Source: Mobula hypostoma (taxonomy: Eukaryota). Taken from it: DNA of 64,000 nt. The translations under genes were made by a program, and so were the position numbers. Below, in pieces: positions 12,767 to 25,275 of the stretch. The notes below the pieces were generated by a model. It searched no databases. It had not been told where the DNA came from and worked only from the letters and a program-made list of their open reading frames with translations. Where the stretch lies: positions 93,498,001-93,562,000 of the forward strand of contig NC_086107.1 of assembly GCF_963921235.1 (NCBI RefSeq), written 5' to 3'. Each line of letters starts with the position of its first letter. Position 1 is the stretch's first letter.

Positions 12767-15700
12767 TAAGTCACCTCAACATTGTGGGCCAAAGGGCCTG
12801 TACTGTTCTGTTCAAAATTCTAAAACTAAACACAAGTGAAGCACTCTGGAAGAACAGATATCAGAGGAAAACAAAGGCAATGAGTGTTGAATATGTTAAT
12901 ATGGAAAGCAAGACAAATGAGAATAGTAAGAGATAGGAGAAAATTGAAATAGATTTAGTGTGGTGAAGGGAAATTGTGGAATATTACAAGAGTAATTAGC
13001 TTTGAGAACGTGAGTTGTGGAGTTCTTGTATGTGGGTCCATAGGTTGTGGACGGTGACAGTCTTTATCCCAGGGTAGGAGAGTCCAAAAGAGAGGGGGAT
13101 AGGTTTAGATTGAAAGCACGAAGGGATCGGAGGGCAACGTCTTCATGCAAAGGAGGGTGAGTATATGAGCTGTCAGAGGAAGTGGCTGAGACAGGTATGA
13201 TACCTTGTGACCGTACATGGTGGAGTTCAAGAGACCTAAATACATGCACATTGCTCTATGACTCCATGAACGCAAAAAAATTTAAAAATGTATAATTACT
13301 TAACTTCAGTATTAATCAGGGAGATGGATCTGCTGGAAGATGAGATTAGAAATTATTCATATAAAAACAAGGGAACTATTAAATAAATGAAACTCAGTGG
13401 ATTTTACTACTAGTCCTCACAGAGTCGAGAGAAAATGATGTGGGCACTATTGTATATATTAAGTAATTCATTAAATAGAAATTAAAGTGCCAGAGGATTT
13501 TCAGAAGACCAGCTTTATTTCTCTATTTTAAAAACCTGTTCGGTGACCTACAGTTTTGTCGGCTTAATATCAATGGGGGGGGGGGGGATGTTATGCAATA
13601 CTAACTAAAGATGGAAATTAGAATAACATCGCAAAGGAAAAGTAAAGACAGGCGGGAGGTGCAGGAGTCTTGGGGCCCCGTGCCACCAGGTTCCGGAGCA
13701 GTTGTTGCCCAGCGGCTGTTGGACTGCTGGACCAGCATTACACACTTCAGCAGTGAACTGACTCTGTGGCTTTGGGCTCAGTTTCGGACACTCTGCACCT
13801 CATATTCTATGTATTATTCGTCTACATTTTTATTATTTATTATTTTTTGTTTACAATTTGTCCTCTTTTGCACATTGGATGTTTATCGGTCTCTGCAATG
13901 TGGTTCTTTTTTCTGGGTTCTGTTGTATCTTTTCATTTTCCCTGTGGGTTCCTGCAAAGAAATGAATCTCAAGATTGTATACGGTATCCATACCTTGATC
14001 ATAAATTTACTTTGAACATGAATAAACCATTTATTCCACAAAGGAAATCTTTGTTTCATCAGCCTCATTAAGTGGTTTGGAGGGGAAGGGTGGGCTAAGA
14101 TTATGGTGATGAGGGTGATATACCTAGATTTTCACAATCTACTGGTTGGATCGCTGATAACAAAGTACTGAGCAAGATCAGCTCTCTCTGTCTCTCTGTC
14201 TGTCTCTGTCTCTCCCCCCACCTTCCCACCCCCCACCCCGCTCCCTGTGTCTCTTTTGCCTTTTACTCCACTGGGCGTTTAGATCAGCAATGAAAGTCCT
14301 CTACCTGGTGGTATACACAGCTTTCTTCATTGTGTCAGTAGCTTCCAGGATCAGAGCAACTGCAGTTTAAGGAAAGGTTTCAGAATGAATATTTCCTCAC
14401 CACCCAGGACATTCCATCTCCTCAATAATACCATCAGAATACCCAAGCCGAAAGACACACACTCAATGATTCAAAAACAACTTCTTCCCCTCTACCATCA
14501 GATATCTGAATGGTCCATGAACACTATCTTGATACTCCCACTTTTCTTTGCAATACTTATTTTTATAATTTATAGCAATTTGACGTCTTAATACTGTTTT
14601 GCTGCCACAGAAAAACAAATTTCACGTTCTATAAGTCAGTGATAGTAAATCTAATTCTGGCTTAGTGAAAGATAGAAAGTGTAGGGCAGTCATAAAGATC
14701 AGTAACACAGCTCAGCAGCATTGAAAAGTAAGATAAATGATAAACGGCGATGTCACTGTTGTTCATAAGTCATAGTTATGATTTAGATGTTGGAACTAAA
14801 ATTTTCTAAATCTGTCTGCGTCATCAATATGCAAGAGAGAGTCAGCACTAGGGAAAGCAGTAACAGATTAAAAGCGATTATTAGCATAAGATTCTGAAGA
14901 TGCTGGAAATCCATAGCACAGCATACAAAATGCTGGAGAGACTCAGCAGGTCAGGTAGCATCTATAGAAAGGAATAAAGAGTCCATGTTTTAAGCTGAGA
15001 CCCTTCATTGGGACTCGGTTATTACAGCAATCATTAATTTTATTACAGCAATTATTAATCTTGTCAAGAGGGCATATGATTGGCAAGTGAGTTTCAAATC
15101 TAGCAACTGTGAAGTACAATATTCTGTAAGGAAAACTGTCTAATTTACTAAATTTAAAAAAACATGGGAGAAGGGAGGTAAGGATCTAGGAGTATAAATG
15201 TACGTTTGTATTCACCATGAAAATTTGCCACACAGGTCAAAAAAGGCAATTTGCGAAACAAATTGTGTTCCTTGTAAAAATGTGTTTTATTTTTTGTGTG
15301 AATGTTGTTTATCTGATGCTCCATGCCTGTGATGCTACTGCAAGTAAGTTTTTCAGTTTGCACTTGTACATCTGACAACTCGACTTTGACCCTGATAAAC
15401 TAAGTGCCAGGATTTATTTCTAAAAGCCAGAACTAAAGAGTAAGGATGTTGTGCTCTTGGCCTGGATTGACCACAGCTCAAGGATTGTCCACAATATTCT
15501 GAAGTGGCACTAGAACTTTACAAAGCATCATGGGAATTAGCCTCTGTTGTCGGGACATCTTTTGGTTGAGGTGCCTCAGGAGGGTGACGTCCATTGTTGG
15601 GGATCCTCGCCATCTGAACCTTTCTACAGAAACCTGTAGTAGTTTTCTTTTATGTTTTGCACTGGACTGTTGCCACAAATCAACAAATTTTATGACCTCT

Positions 15701-16524
15701 CAGTGAGAATAAACCTGATTCTGCGGCAGGTACGATAACTAATTTTAAAAGACAGTGGGACATGTAAATGGATAGGAAGTTTGTGTAAATGGATCTAGCT
15801 TGAATGGGACCCCTTGGCTGGCATGGGGCAGTTGGGCCGAAGGGCTTGTCTTCATGCTGTTTGACTCTGACTCTATGACACCAACACTCACCACAAGATG
15901 GACCCACCAGGAAAGGATGGGCAGGATGTGTAAGGCTGATTCTAGGCCTAATAGAGGTCTCTAAGATTATACTAAAAGGGTAGATGGTCCTTCCACTTGG
16001 GTGGGGGTTTAGTGTGTGTGGAGGACATCAGCAAAAGGAATAGGAGAGAGAAGCTAGGGAAAGATGAAATCTGGAACTCACTGCCACAGAGACATATAAA
16101 AACAATATCTACAGTGGAAGCTTGGCAATGTTGGGAGAAAATGATGGAGGGAAGACGCTGATAAAGTTAAAGGAAAAGTGATGGTGCAGGATTGTAACAG
16201 TTGGAGTGATGTTTCCATCCTCTGCATTTAAGGCAAATGTTCACCAGTGTTGGTGCAGGGATAATGAATCAGGATTAACTCACGTAATTCCTACGCTACA
16301 CACTCAAAAAGTGTTGAAAGAACTCAGTAGGTCAGGCAGAATCTAAGGGGAAGAATAAACTGTTGATGTTTTGGGCCAAGGCCCTTCATTATGAACAGTT
16401 GACGTTTTGGTCTCAGCCCAAAACGTCAACTGCTTGTTCCTCTACATAGATTCCATCTGACCTACTGAGTTCCTCCCAGCATTTTGTGTAGGTTGCTCTG
16501 GATTTCCAACATCTGCAGTATCTT

Positions 16525-18270
16525 AAACACAAGATTTGCAGACGCTGGAGGTCCAGAGTAACCAACTCAAAATGCTGGAGAAAATCAGCAGGTTGGGCAG
16601 TATCTATGGAAAAAAAAGGACAGTCAACGTTTTAGGCCGAACCCTTCAGCAGGACTGGAGGGAAAAAAAAGCTTGAGTAGACTTAAAAGGTAGGGGAGGG
16701 GAGAGAGAATCTCCAGGTGATAGGTGAAGCCTGGAGGGGGGGGGATGAAGTAAACAGCTGGGAATTTGATTGGTGAAAGAGACAGGAGGCCATGGAAGGA
16801 AAAAAAATAGGGGAGGAGCACTGGAGGAAGACGATGGGCAGGTAAGGAGATTAGGTGAGAGAGGTAAAAGGGGATGGGACATGGCGAAGGAGGGGGAGGT
16901 GTGGGGCCATTACCGGAAATTTGAGAACTCGATGTTCATGCCATCAGGTTGGAGGCTACCCAAACAGAATATAAGGTATTGTTCCTCCACTGTCTTTATC
17001 TCTGGAGACAGCTTACCCACTGATGTCTATTGGGAACCCACGAGCTTTCACAGCTATCTGGACTACACCTCATCCCACCTGCTACTTGTAAAAATGCCAT
17101 TTCCTTCTCTCAATTCCTCCGTCTCCACTGCATCTGCTCTCAGGATGAGGCTTTTCATTCTAGAAGGAAGGAAATGTCCCCCTTTTTCAAAGAAAGGGGC
17201 TTGCCTTCCTCCACCATCAACGCTGCCCTCAACCACATCTCTTCTATTTCACGCACGTCTGCTCTTACTCCGTCCTCCCACCACCCTACCAGGGATAGGG
17301 TTCCTCTTGCTCTCACCTATCACCCCACCATCCTCTGCATCCAGCACATAACCCTCCAAAGCTTCCGCCACCTGCAGTGGGCTCCCACCACCAAGCACAT
17401 CTTTCCCTTCCTCCTCGCTTTTGCAGGGATCGCACCCTATGCAACTCCCTTGTCCATTCGTTCCCTCCCCACTGATATCCCTCCTGGCACTTACCTTGCA
17501 AGTGGAAACAGTGCTATATCTGCTTCTACACCTCTTCCCTCACTACCATTCAGGGCCCTGAACAGTCCTTCCAGGTGAAGCGACACCTGTGAGTCTGTTG
17601 GGGTCATTTATTGTGTTCAGTGCTCCCATTGAGGCCTTCTGTATATTGGTGAGACTCAACGTAGATTGGGAGACCCCTTCACCGAGCATCTACACTCCAT
17701 CCTCCAGAACAAGCATGATCTCCCAGTGGCCACCCATTTTAATTCCACTTCCCATTCCCATTCCGATATGCCCATCCATGGCCTCCTCCACTGTCGTGAT
17801 AAGGTCACGCTTAGGTTGGAGAAACAATAGCTTATATTCCATTTGGGTAGCCTCCACCTGATGTCATGAACATTGATTTCTCAAACTTCCTGTAATGCCT
17901 CCCCTTCACCATTTCCCATCCCCCTTTCCTCTCTCACCTTATCTCCTTGCCCACCCATCGCTTCCCTCTAGTGCTCCTTGCCCCTTTTTCTTTCATCCAC
18001 GGCCTTCTGTCTCTTTCACCAATCAACTTCCCAGCTCTTTACTTCATCCCTCCCCCCTCCAGGTTTCACCCTTCATCTGGTGGTTCTCTCTCCCCTCCAC
18101 CCACCTTTTAAATCTACTCCTCAGCTTTTTATTCTCCAGTCCTGCCAAAGGGGTTTCAGCCTGAAACATCGGCTGTACCTTTTTCCACAGATGCTGCCTG
18201 ACCTGCTGAGTTCCTCCAGCATTGTGTGTGTTTTGCTCAGATTCCCAGCGTCTGCAGATTTTCTGTTGTT
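16525..18270 (+). mobile_element. 5'-truncated Penelope-like retroelement with an inverted copy of its own 3' end at the 5' side
   Basis: 16545-16990 is the reverse complement of ~17820-18265; the body between encodes PLE RT C-terminus and GIY-YIG. Confidence 0.85.
16990..17890 (+). pseudogene. Frameshifted Penelope RT thumb plus GIY-YIG endonuclease
   Basis: TDVY..PT..HSYLDYTSSH; CKNAISFSQFLRLHCICS; FFKERG; VPLALTYHP; VIYCVQCSH*GLLYIGET at ~17603-17656. Confidence 0.85.
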
Positions 18271-18816
18271 TGAGGTTAGGCAGAATCTAATGGAAGGGAA
18301 TAAATAGTCGATGTTTTGGGCTGAGACCCTTCATCATGAAGGGACCATCATCTTGACCTGAAACGTCGACTCTTTATTCCTCTCCATAGATGCTGCCTGA
18401 ACTGCGGAGTTCCTCCAGCAATTTGTGTGGATTGCTCTGGATTTCTACCATCTGCAGAATCTTTTCTGTTGATGATTCCCAAGCTATTTGAAAACACATC
18501 TTGGAGCACAGAAAGTGTTTGGCATGAGTAGAGAATGATCGGTACTCTAGACTGACAGTCACAGAACTTCAGCTGTCTTTAAAACTGCTCTCTCAACTCC
18601 TTCCTTTCTGGAAGATTTGGTGATGGTGATCCTCGTGGGTTGGCGGAGAGTTGGTAACAACTCAGTGGCAAAGGTTATAAGGGAACGCAGAATGGTGAAT
18701 GTGAAGCTGAAGAGCACGTGGAACTTCCTGTCACCATTTTGCTAAGAATATTCTGATGTGCTGTCCTGATGAAGGGTCTCAACCTGAAACGAAGACTCTA
18801 TAACCATAACTTGGAT

Positions 18817-18896
18817 CAGGGGTTCCCAACTTTTTTTGTGCCATGGACCAATACTATTAACCGAGGGGTCCATGTACCCCAGGTGGAGAACCTCTG
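18817..18896. mobile_element. Tiny hAT (Charlie/Buster-like) MITE
   Basis: caggggttcccaac...ggagaacctctg termini. Sister copies at 26185-26252 (TSD ctctaaac/ctccaaat) and 49667-49737 (TSD ctcaaaag/ctctaaag). Confidence 0.65.
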
Positions 18897-19184
18897 CCTT
18901 ACATGCTGTACTGACTTGCTGAGTTCCTCGAGCATTTTGGATTCCCAGTATCTGCATAATCTCTTGTGTTGCTAAGAATGTTACCTCCTCCGCCAGCTGT
19001 AGCATCAACAGTCAGCCCACGATCATTCCCACAAGGTGTCAACCCAGAACTGATGATGCATTAGCCCACTGCACGGACAAAATGGACCCACTTTGAATTC
19101 CATTTGTTCAATCAGGAATGATGTGTAAGCCTGACAAAGCTTTTTACCGTCTTTATAGCACATCACCAGGTAGCTGCTTTTGTG

Positions 19185-19845
19185 GGAATTTTGTTCCATG
19201 CCATAGAAATGAGCAGACAGAACTGTTGCAAAATAGAAGGAAGCCCTTGACCCTGTTGAATCCTTTCACCCCAACTGGAATAGCAGACGAATAAAGTGAA
19301 ACCGCACATCCAAAGTAGATCCTTTAGATTTTAATTTCATTCTATGCTATAGGTTTTAATTCTTTAGGTTTTTAAATTTTGTTTTTGGAACCCTTGGGTT
19401 TGGAATATTTGGGTTATAATTTTTTTTCAGCTTGGATCTGTTGGGGTTGGAACCTTTTGGTTTTAATTTTGTTTCATCCCATAGAATTGCAGAGACAGGA
19501 ATGTAATGTTGTAAGATCGAGGGAAGCCTTTCTCACTGTTGAATCCTTCCACTCCGGCAGGAATTACAGGGGACTTCAGGGAAATCACACACCCAAAGTG
19601 GATCCTTTGGATTTCAATTTCATTCTGTGCCATAGGTTTTAATCCTTTGGGTTTTAATTTCATTCAATTTGGATCCCTTGGGATTGGCACCTTTGGGTTT
19701 TAACTTAATTCCATGCCATAGAATTGCGGAGACAGAAATGTTGTAAAATAGAGGGAAGATATTCCCACTGTTGAATATTTTCACTCCAGCAGGAATTACA
19801 GGGGCAAAAAGTGAAACCACACATCCAAAATGGATCCTTTGGGGT
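19185..19845. repeat. Tandem repeat, ~2.5 units of ~240-280 bp
   Basis: ttccatgccatagaa...ctgttgaatcc...gaaaccacacatccaaa.tggatccttt recurs starting at ~19187, ~19465 and ~19703. Confidence 0.85.
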
Positions 19846-20802
19846 CATCCTATAATTCAGAGTTAATTCGTTTTGTGGGGAGATGTCGGAGGTGTTTTTA
19901 TATAATATACAGAGTGATGAGTGCCTTGGACACACCACCAGAGGTGGAAGCTGAGACGATAGGGGTAATTAAGAGACTCTTAGATAGGCACATGGATATA
20001 AGAAAAATGGAGGGTTATGAATTGTGTAGGAGGGAAGGGTTAGATTGATGGTGGAGTAGATTTATATATTGTAAGCCAGCACAACTTCGTGGGCCGAAGG
20101 GCCAGCACTGTGCTGTGGTCCTCTATATGTAATGACATCTTCAGGTCCCATAATGAGGTGATCACTTTGGAAAGGATGTTGAAACTTTAATATGAAAGAA
20201 ATAATACAGAGGTGGCAGGGCCCAGCCGGTGACTCATCCCTCCTCATATGGCTGCCCCATGCGGTTTAAATTGTTAATTTCAACTTCTTTAGTTTAGGTT
20301 GTCTACTAGGTTGATAGTTTGACTGTACAGGTCAAGCAAGTGGTACCTATTTTCCACAGGAGGAATATCTGGGATGTGGGAGACCTGAATAAGGGTCTTG
20401 GCCCGAAACATCGATCGTTTATTTCCCTGCATAGATGCTTTAGACTTGCTGAGTTCCTCCAGTGTTTTGTGTGTGTTGCTCCAGGATATGGGAACCAATT
20501 CTACATTGAATGCAGACAGGAAACCAGGAAGACACTGCACACATGAGCACAAGAAGTTCTGCAGATGCCTTGAGCAGCACATACACAATGCTGGAGGAAC
20601 TCACCGGATCAGACGGCATCTGCGGTGGGGAATGAACGTACGACGTTTCAGGCTGAGATCTTTTGTCAGGACGGGAAAGAAAGAGAGCAGAAGCCAGAAT
20701 AAAAGACACAGGGGTTCCGTAGATGCTGAAAATCTTGAGCAACACACACAAAATGGCGGAATAACTCCAGCAGGTCAGACGGCATCTATGGAGGGGAATA
20801 AA

Positions 20803-20840
20803 CAGTCAATGTTTCAGGCTCAGATCCTTCGTCAGGACTG
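20803..20840 (-). ncRNA. Minimal hammerhead ribozyme motif, near-intact
   Basis: Minus strand CAGUC-CUGACGA-AGG(aucugag)CCU-GAAA-CAUU-GACUG. Confidence 0.55.
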
Positions 20841-22434
20841 TAAAGGGAGAGGGCAGAAGCCAGAATAATAAGATGGGTTGGTCTCATCGAATGAGATGTT
20901 ACTGAACACAGAAGTCCTGGAAAATCCCAGTAGGGCGGGCAGCTTCTGTGGAAGGAGAAACAATTAATGACTTTTCGTCAACGCTGAGAGAGGGAAAACA
21001 TGTTGATTTATGAAGCAGCAGTAGCAGTGAACAGTGCACGGGAAAAACAGGCTTTGTCTGTAACAGAGTGAAATGGTGGCGACATTAAATGGATAGGAGG
21101 TTAATTAGAACTTTTACAACATCTGCAGTTGTTTTGATTTTCAAGTAACGTGCTAAACGACTCGATAAAATGGGATTTCAATTTGGCCAGCTTACTTAAA
21201 ACTGCCCCTACTTTGTGCTGTTGTAGCTATCAATTGAAAACTATATAAGAAGATAACTAGTAATTAAGATATAAGATTATCTTTACTTGTCAAATGTGCT
21301 TCCAAACGTAGTGAAATGTGTCATTTGCGTCAGTGACCAGGATGTGGGGGTGGATCTTGCAAGTGTTGCCGCGCATCAGACGCCAACACAGCATGCCCAC
21401 ACTTGCTAATTCTAACCTGTACTGTATGGCTTCGGAAAGTGTGAGCACCCAGAGGAAACCCCCGCAGTCACGGGGAGAATGTTCAAACTCCTTTCAATCG
21501 CGGGAAATGATCCTCGATGTTGCAAAGTATTACACGGACCACCAAGTGACCGTGCCTATCAGGTGCACCAAGACGCAGTGACAAGTATCATTTTGCATGT
21601 CGTCCAAACAGATCATTTCAAGCATAAGTACCTCAAGGTATTAACAGGGGACAATAAAATAATGTGCAGAACATAGTGTTAGAACTACAGAGAAAGTGAA
21701 GTGCAGACAGACAAATAAGGTCCACGATGAGGGGGATTGTGAAGTCAAGTGTCCACCTCTATCCTACGAGAGGACTGTTCAAGCGTCTGATAGCAGTGGG
21801 ATAGAAGCTGTCCAAAGCTGGTGTTCACCTCGCTGCTCAGCAAGGTTTACTTATCTCTCAGCTGAACTGATGCTGACGCCTGCAACTAACATGCTCCTGG
21901 ATTGGCTGCGGTGATGACTGGCTTCGTGGCTATGAATTTTGTTTTTCCTGAACTTTAGTACTGAATGTTATTTGCTTCCTTTTTATTGTTTGCACAATCT
22001 GCTTCTACATTGGGTGTTTGATGGCCTTTTTTTAATTGGTTCTATTGGATTTCTTGTTTTGGGGCTGCCTGTAAGGAGATGGATCTCAAAGTTGTATATA
22101 GTATACATACTTTGATAATACATGTACTTTGAACTTTGGTGTTACAATGTTCGCAATCGTGTGTATCATTTGCCGAGTGGGAGAAGAGAGGATGCAGGGC
22201 AGGAGGGGTCTTTGATAATGCTGGCTGCTTTCCTGAGGCGTTGGAATTGTAGACAGGGTCAATGGAGGGGAGGGCATTTCTGTGATGTGCTCAGCTGTGT
22301 CCACAACTCTGCAGTTTCTGGCGGTCACATATAGAGCGGTTGTCGTAGCAAGCTGCGATGTATCATGATAGGATGCCTTCTATGGTCTATCTATGAAAGT
22401 GGAGAGAGTCACTGGAGACATGCCAAATTTCCTT

Positions 22435-23025
22435 CGCCCATCAAGTCAGCTCTGTCATTCCAGCATGCCTAATTTATTATCCCTCTCAACCCCATTCTCC
22501 CGACTTCTCCCTGTAACCTTTGACGCCCTTGTTAATCAAGAACCTATCAACCTCCGTTTGAAATATACCCAATGACTTGGCCTCCGTAGCCATCTGTGGC
22601 AAGGAATTCCACAGATCCACCACTCTCTGGCTAAAGAAATTCCTCCTCATCTCTCCTCTGAAGGCACGTTCTATTCTGAGGCTGATTCTAGACTTGCCTG
22701 CTATTGGAAACATCTTCTGCATGTCCACTCTATCTAGGGCTTTCAATATTTGATAGGCTTCAAAGAGATCCCCCACTATCTTCTAAATTCCAGCGAGTAC
22801 AAGTTCAGAGCCGTTAAACACGCCTCATGTGTTAACCCTTTCATTCCCAGGTTTACGATCGTAAACTTGTAATCTTTCTCTGGACTCTCCAACGTCAACA
22901 TATCCTTTTTTTAGGTGTGGGAACCAAAACTGCTCACAATTCACCAAATGTGATCTGATTAATGCCTTATAATGTCTCAGCATTATATTCTTGGTTTTAT
23001 ATTCCGGTCCTCCCAAAATGAATGT
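22435..23025 (-). mobile_element. CR1 LINE 3' fragment
   Basis: Minus ORFs EYKTKNIMLRHYKALIRSHL..CEQFW and GDLFEAYQILKALDRVD...RRNFFSQRVVDLWNSLP. Confidence 0.85.
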
Positions 23026-23069
23026 TCCACCCCAGACGGCAACTTTGATGCTTCTTGGAAAAAAAAACC

Positions 23070-23600
23070 CTTTCTAGGCAGATGCTCTTTGTAAGTGTGC
23101 ATCTCAAATAGCCTCTGACAACCAAGTCCAGCTCCTGGCCTTTACATGTGGCTTAGCTGCTAAGCCTGATGGAACCATTTCCACTGAGAGAAAGGGCGAA
23201 GGTGGGTTACTGGTGCCTTAAAACCACTCGCTTTGGGCAGATGGGGCTTGTTAGCCACGGTTGGTGGCTCATCGAGGAGAAGAATAACTCTCATCTCAAA
23301 CCTCGGCTGCCCTGCGGCTACACCCACTCATGGGGAAGGCTTCGGGAGTGAACACCGAGGGACAGTCCTACATTGAGTTCAATGCTGACTGGCAACTCCT
23401 GCGACGCCACTGGTAACAAACTGTATCCACCTCTATCGCTCCCGTGGATTCATCAGCCGTGTGGAGCAGGGGAGCCTACTAGGTGGGCAACAGCTTGCTC
23501 TCCATATTGTACTGTATGCTAGCACGGATACTGTCTTGTGTAACATGTAGACAGCTGGGACACAACATCCGTGGTCGAACTGGACCAGTGGAAGGCCTCA
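23070..23600 (+). mobile_element. Probable RTE-derived non-autonomous element; related copies at 27915-28260 and 29390-29950 (-)
   Basis: gagttcaatgctgactggcaactcctgc is shared in inverted form with 28082-28109. The RTE assignment rests on resemblance to RTE UTRs only. Confidence 0.45.
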
Positions 23601-24074
23601 TTTGTAGGCAGATCATAAACACGAGATTCTATAAATTCTGGAAATTGGGTGCAACACACTGGAGATGTTGGAGGGACTCGGGCAACATCTGTGGAAGAAA
23701 ATAAACATAAGTAAACATTTTGGGCCCTTCATCAGCACTGGAAGGGAAGGGGTAAAAAGCCAGAATAAGAGGTGGGGGGGGGGAAGGAGAGGAGTACAAA
23801 CTGGCAGGTGAAAGGTGAGAACATGTGAGGGGGAAGGTGGGTGGGTGGGGGAATAAAGATGAAGTAAGAAGCTAGAAGGTGACGGGTGGAAAAGATAAAG
23901 GGCTGAAGAAGGAAGAATCTGATAGGAGGGGAGAGTGGACCATGGGAGAGAATGAAGCGGGGTTGCGGGAGAATACTAGAGGGAGGTGATGGGCAAGTGA
24001 AGAGAAGAGGAGAGACAATAGGGAATTGATTCTGCCTCTTCTACCTGTATCTAGACCAACAGAAAGCTGTGACA

Positions 24075-24425
24075 TAGAAACATAGAAAACCTACAGCACA
24101 ATACAGGCCCTTCCGCCCACGATGCTGTGCCGAACATGTACTTAGAAATTACCTAAGGATATCCATGGCCCTCTGTTTTTCTAAGTTCCATGTACCTATC
24201 CAGGAGTCTCTTAAAAGACCCTATTGTATCTGCCTCCACCATCGTTGCCGACAGCCCATTCCATGCACTCACCACTCTCTGAGTGTTTAAAAAAAACTTA
24301 CCCCTGACATCTCCTCTGTACCTACTTCCAAGCATCTTAAAACTGTGTCCTCTTGTGTTAGCCATTTCAGCTCTGGGAAAAATCCTCTAACTATCCACAC
24401 AATCAATGCCTCTCATCACCTTATA
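24075..24425 (-). mobile_element. CR1 LINE 3' end
   Basis: TRGHSFK...QRVVSAWNGL..VEADTIGSFKRLLDRYM; catagaaacatagaaa tail. Confidence 0.85.
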
Positions 24426-24639
24426 TGTGACAGTTTGACTTTTATCTGGATACCAAATTTCTCTGAAGTTAATTAATGACAGGCTACTAGCCCTGACGTC
24501 CAGGTATTGGTAGATCTCAGAAATTATAACTTGATAAAAATGATAATCAGATGATCTGCCAACCCTTCAATCCCCTTTGAGGATTTCCATCCATGGATGC
24601 TACTTGTCACATCTAGCAGGCAAACTTAGAAGTGCAACA

Positions 24640-25275
24640 TAAACATGAGATTCTGTAGATGCTAGAAACCCAGAGCAACACACACAAAATGCTGGAGGAA
24701 CTCAGCAGGTTAGGCAGCATCTATGGAGGAGAATAAGCAGCTGACGTTTTGGCCAAAGCCCTTCACCAGGATCGGTAAGGAAGGGGGGAGAAGCCAGAGT
24801 AAAGATATGGGGGGAGGACGAGGATGACTAGATTGGTGAAGCCAGGTGAAGGGGAGGATGGGTGGCAGAGGAGAGATGAAATGAGAAGCTGAAAGGTGAT
24901 TGGTGGGAAAGGTCAAGGGCTGAAGAAGGAGGAATCTGATAGGAGAGGAGAGTGGACATGGGAGAAAGTGAAGGAGGAGGAGCACCAGAGGGAGGTGATG
25001 GGCAGGTGAGGAGAAGAGAAAGGTTGAGAGGGTTACCAGGATGGGGAATGACACAGGACAGAAGGGGAAGGAGGGGGGGAGATATTACTAGAAATTAGAG
25101 AAATTGATGTTCTTTCCATCGGGTTGGAAGCTAGTCAGATGGAATATGAGGCGTTGCTCCTCCAGTCTGATGGTAGCCTCATTGTGACAGGAGAGAAGAC
25201 TGAGGACCAACATGTCAGAATGAAAATAGGAAGTCCAATTGAAAAGAGTGGCCACTAAGAAATCCTGCCTTTTGT
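24640..25275 (-). mobile_element. PLE 3' fragment with GIY-YIG C-terminal remnant
   Basis: Minus ORF ...RLEEQRLIFHLTSFQPDGKNINFSNF followed by the pLTR motif. Similar copies at 10660-11100, 23620-24020, 47860-48510, 56075-56580. Confidence 0.8.

Larger units (their letters stand above)
10400..16200 (+). mobile_element. Ancient CR1 ORF2 scattered among younger insertions
   Basis: Degenerate colinear motifs: endonuclease-like pieces ~10490 and ~11360-11440 (LDLVMG), RT-like gatatacctagattttc (VIYLDF-type) ~14117, C-terminal pieces ~15430-15500 and ~15950-16150. Confidence 0.45.

Noticed and set aside
18762..18797. Additional active hammerhead
   Set aside because: The core boxes are intact, but the cleavage triplet is mutated (GAA instead of GUC).
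19380..19710. Interstitial telomeric repeat
   Set aside because: The tttggg motifs are isolated and are not tandem TTAGGG.
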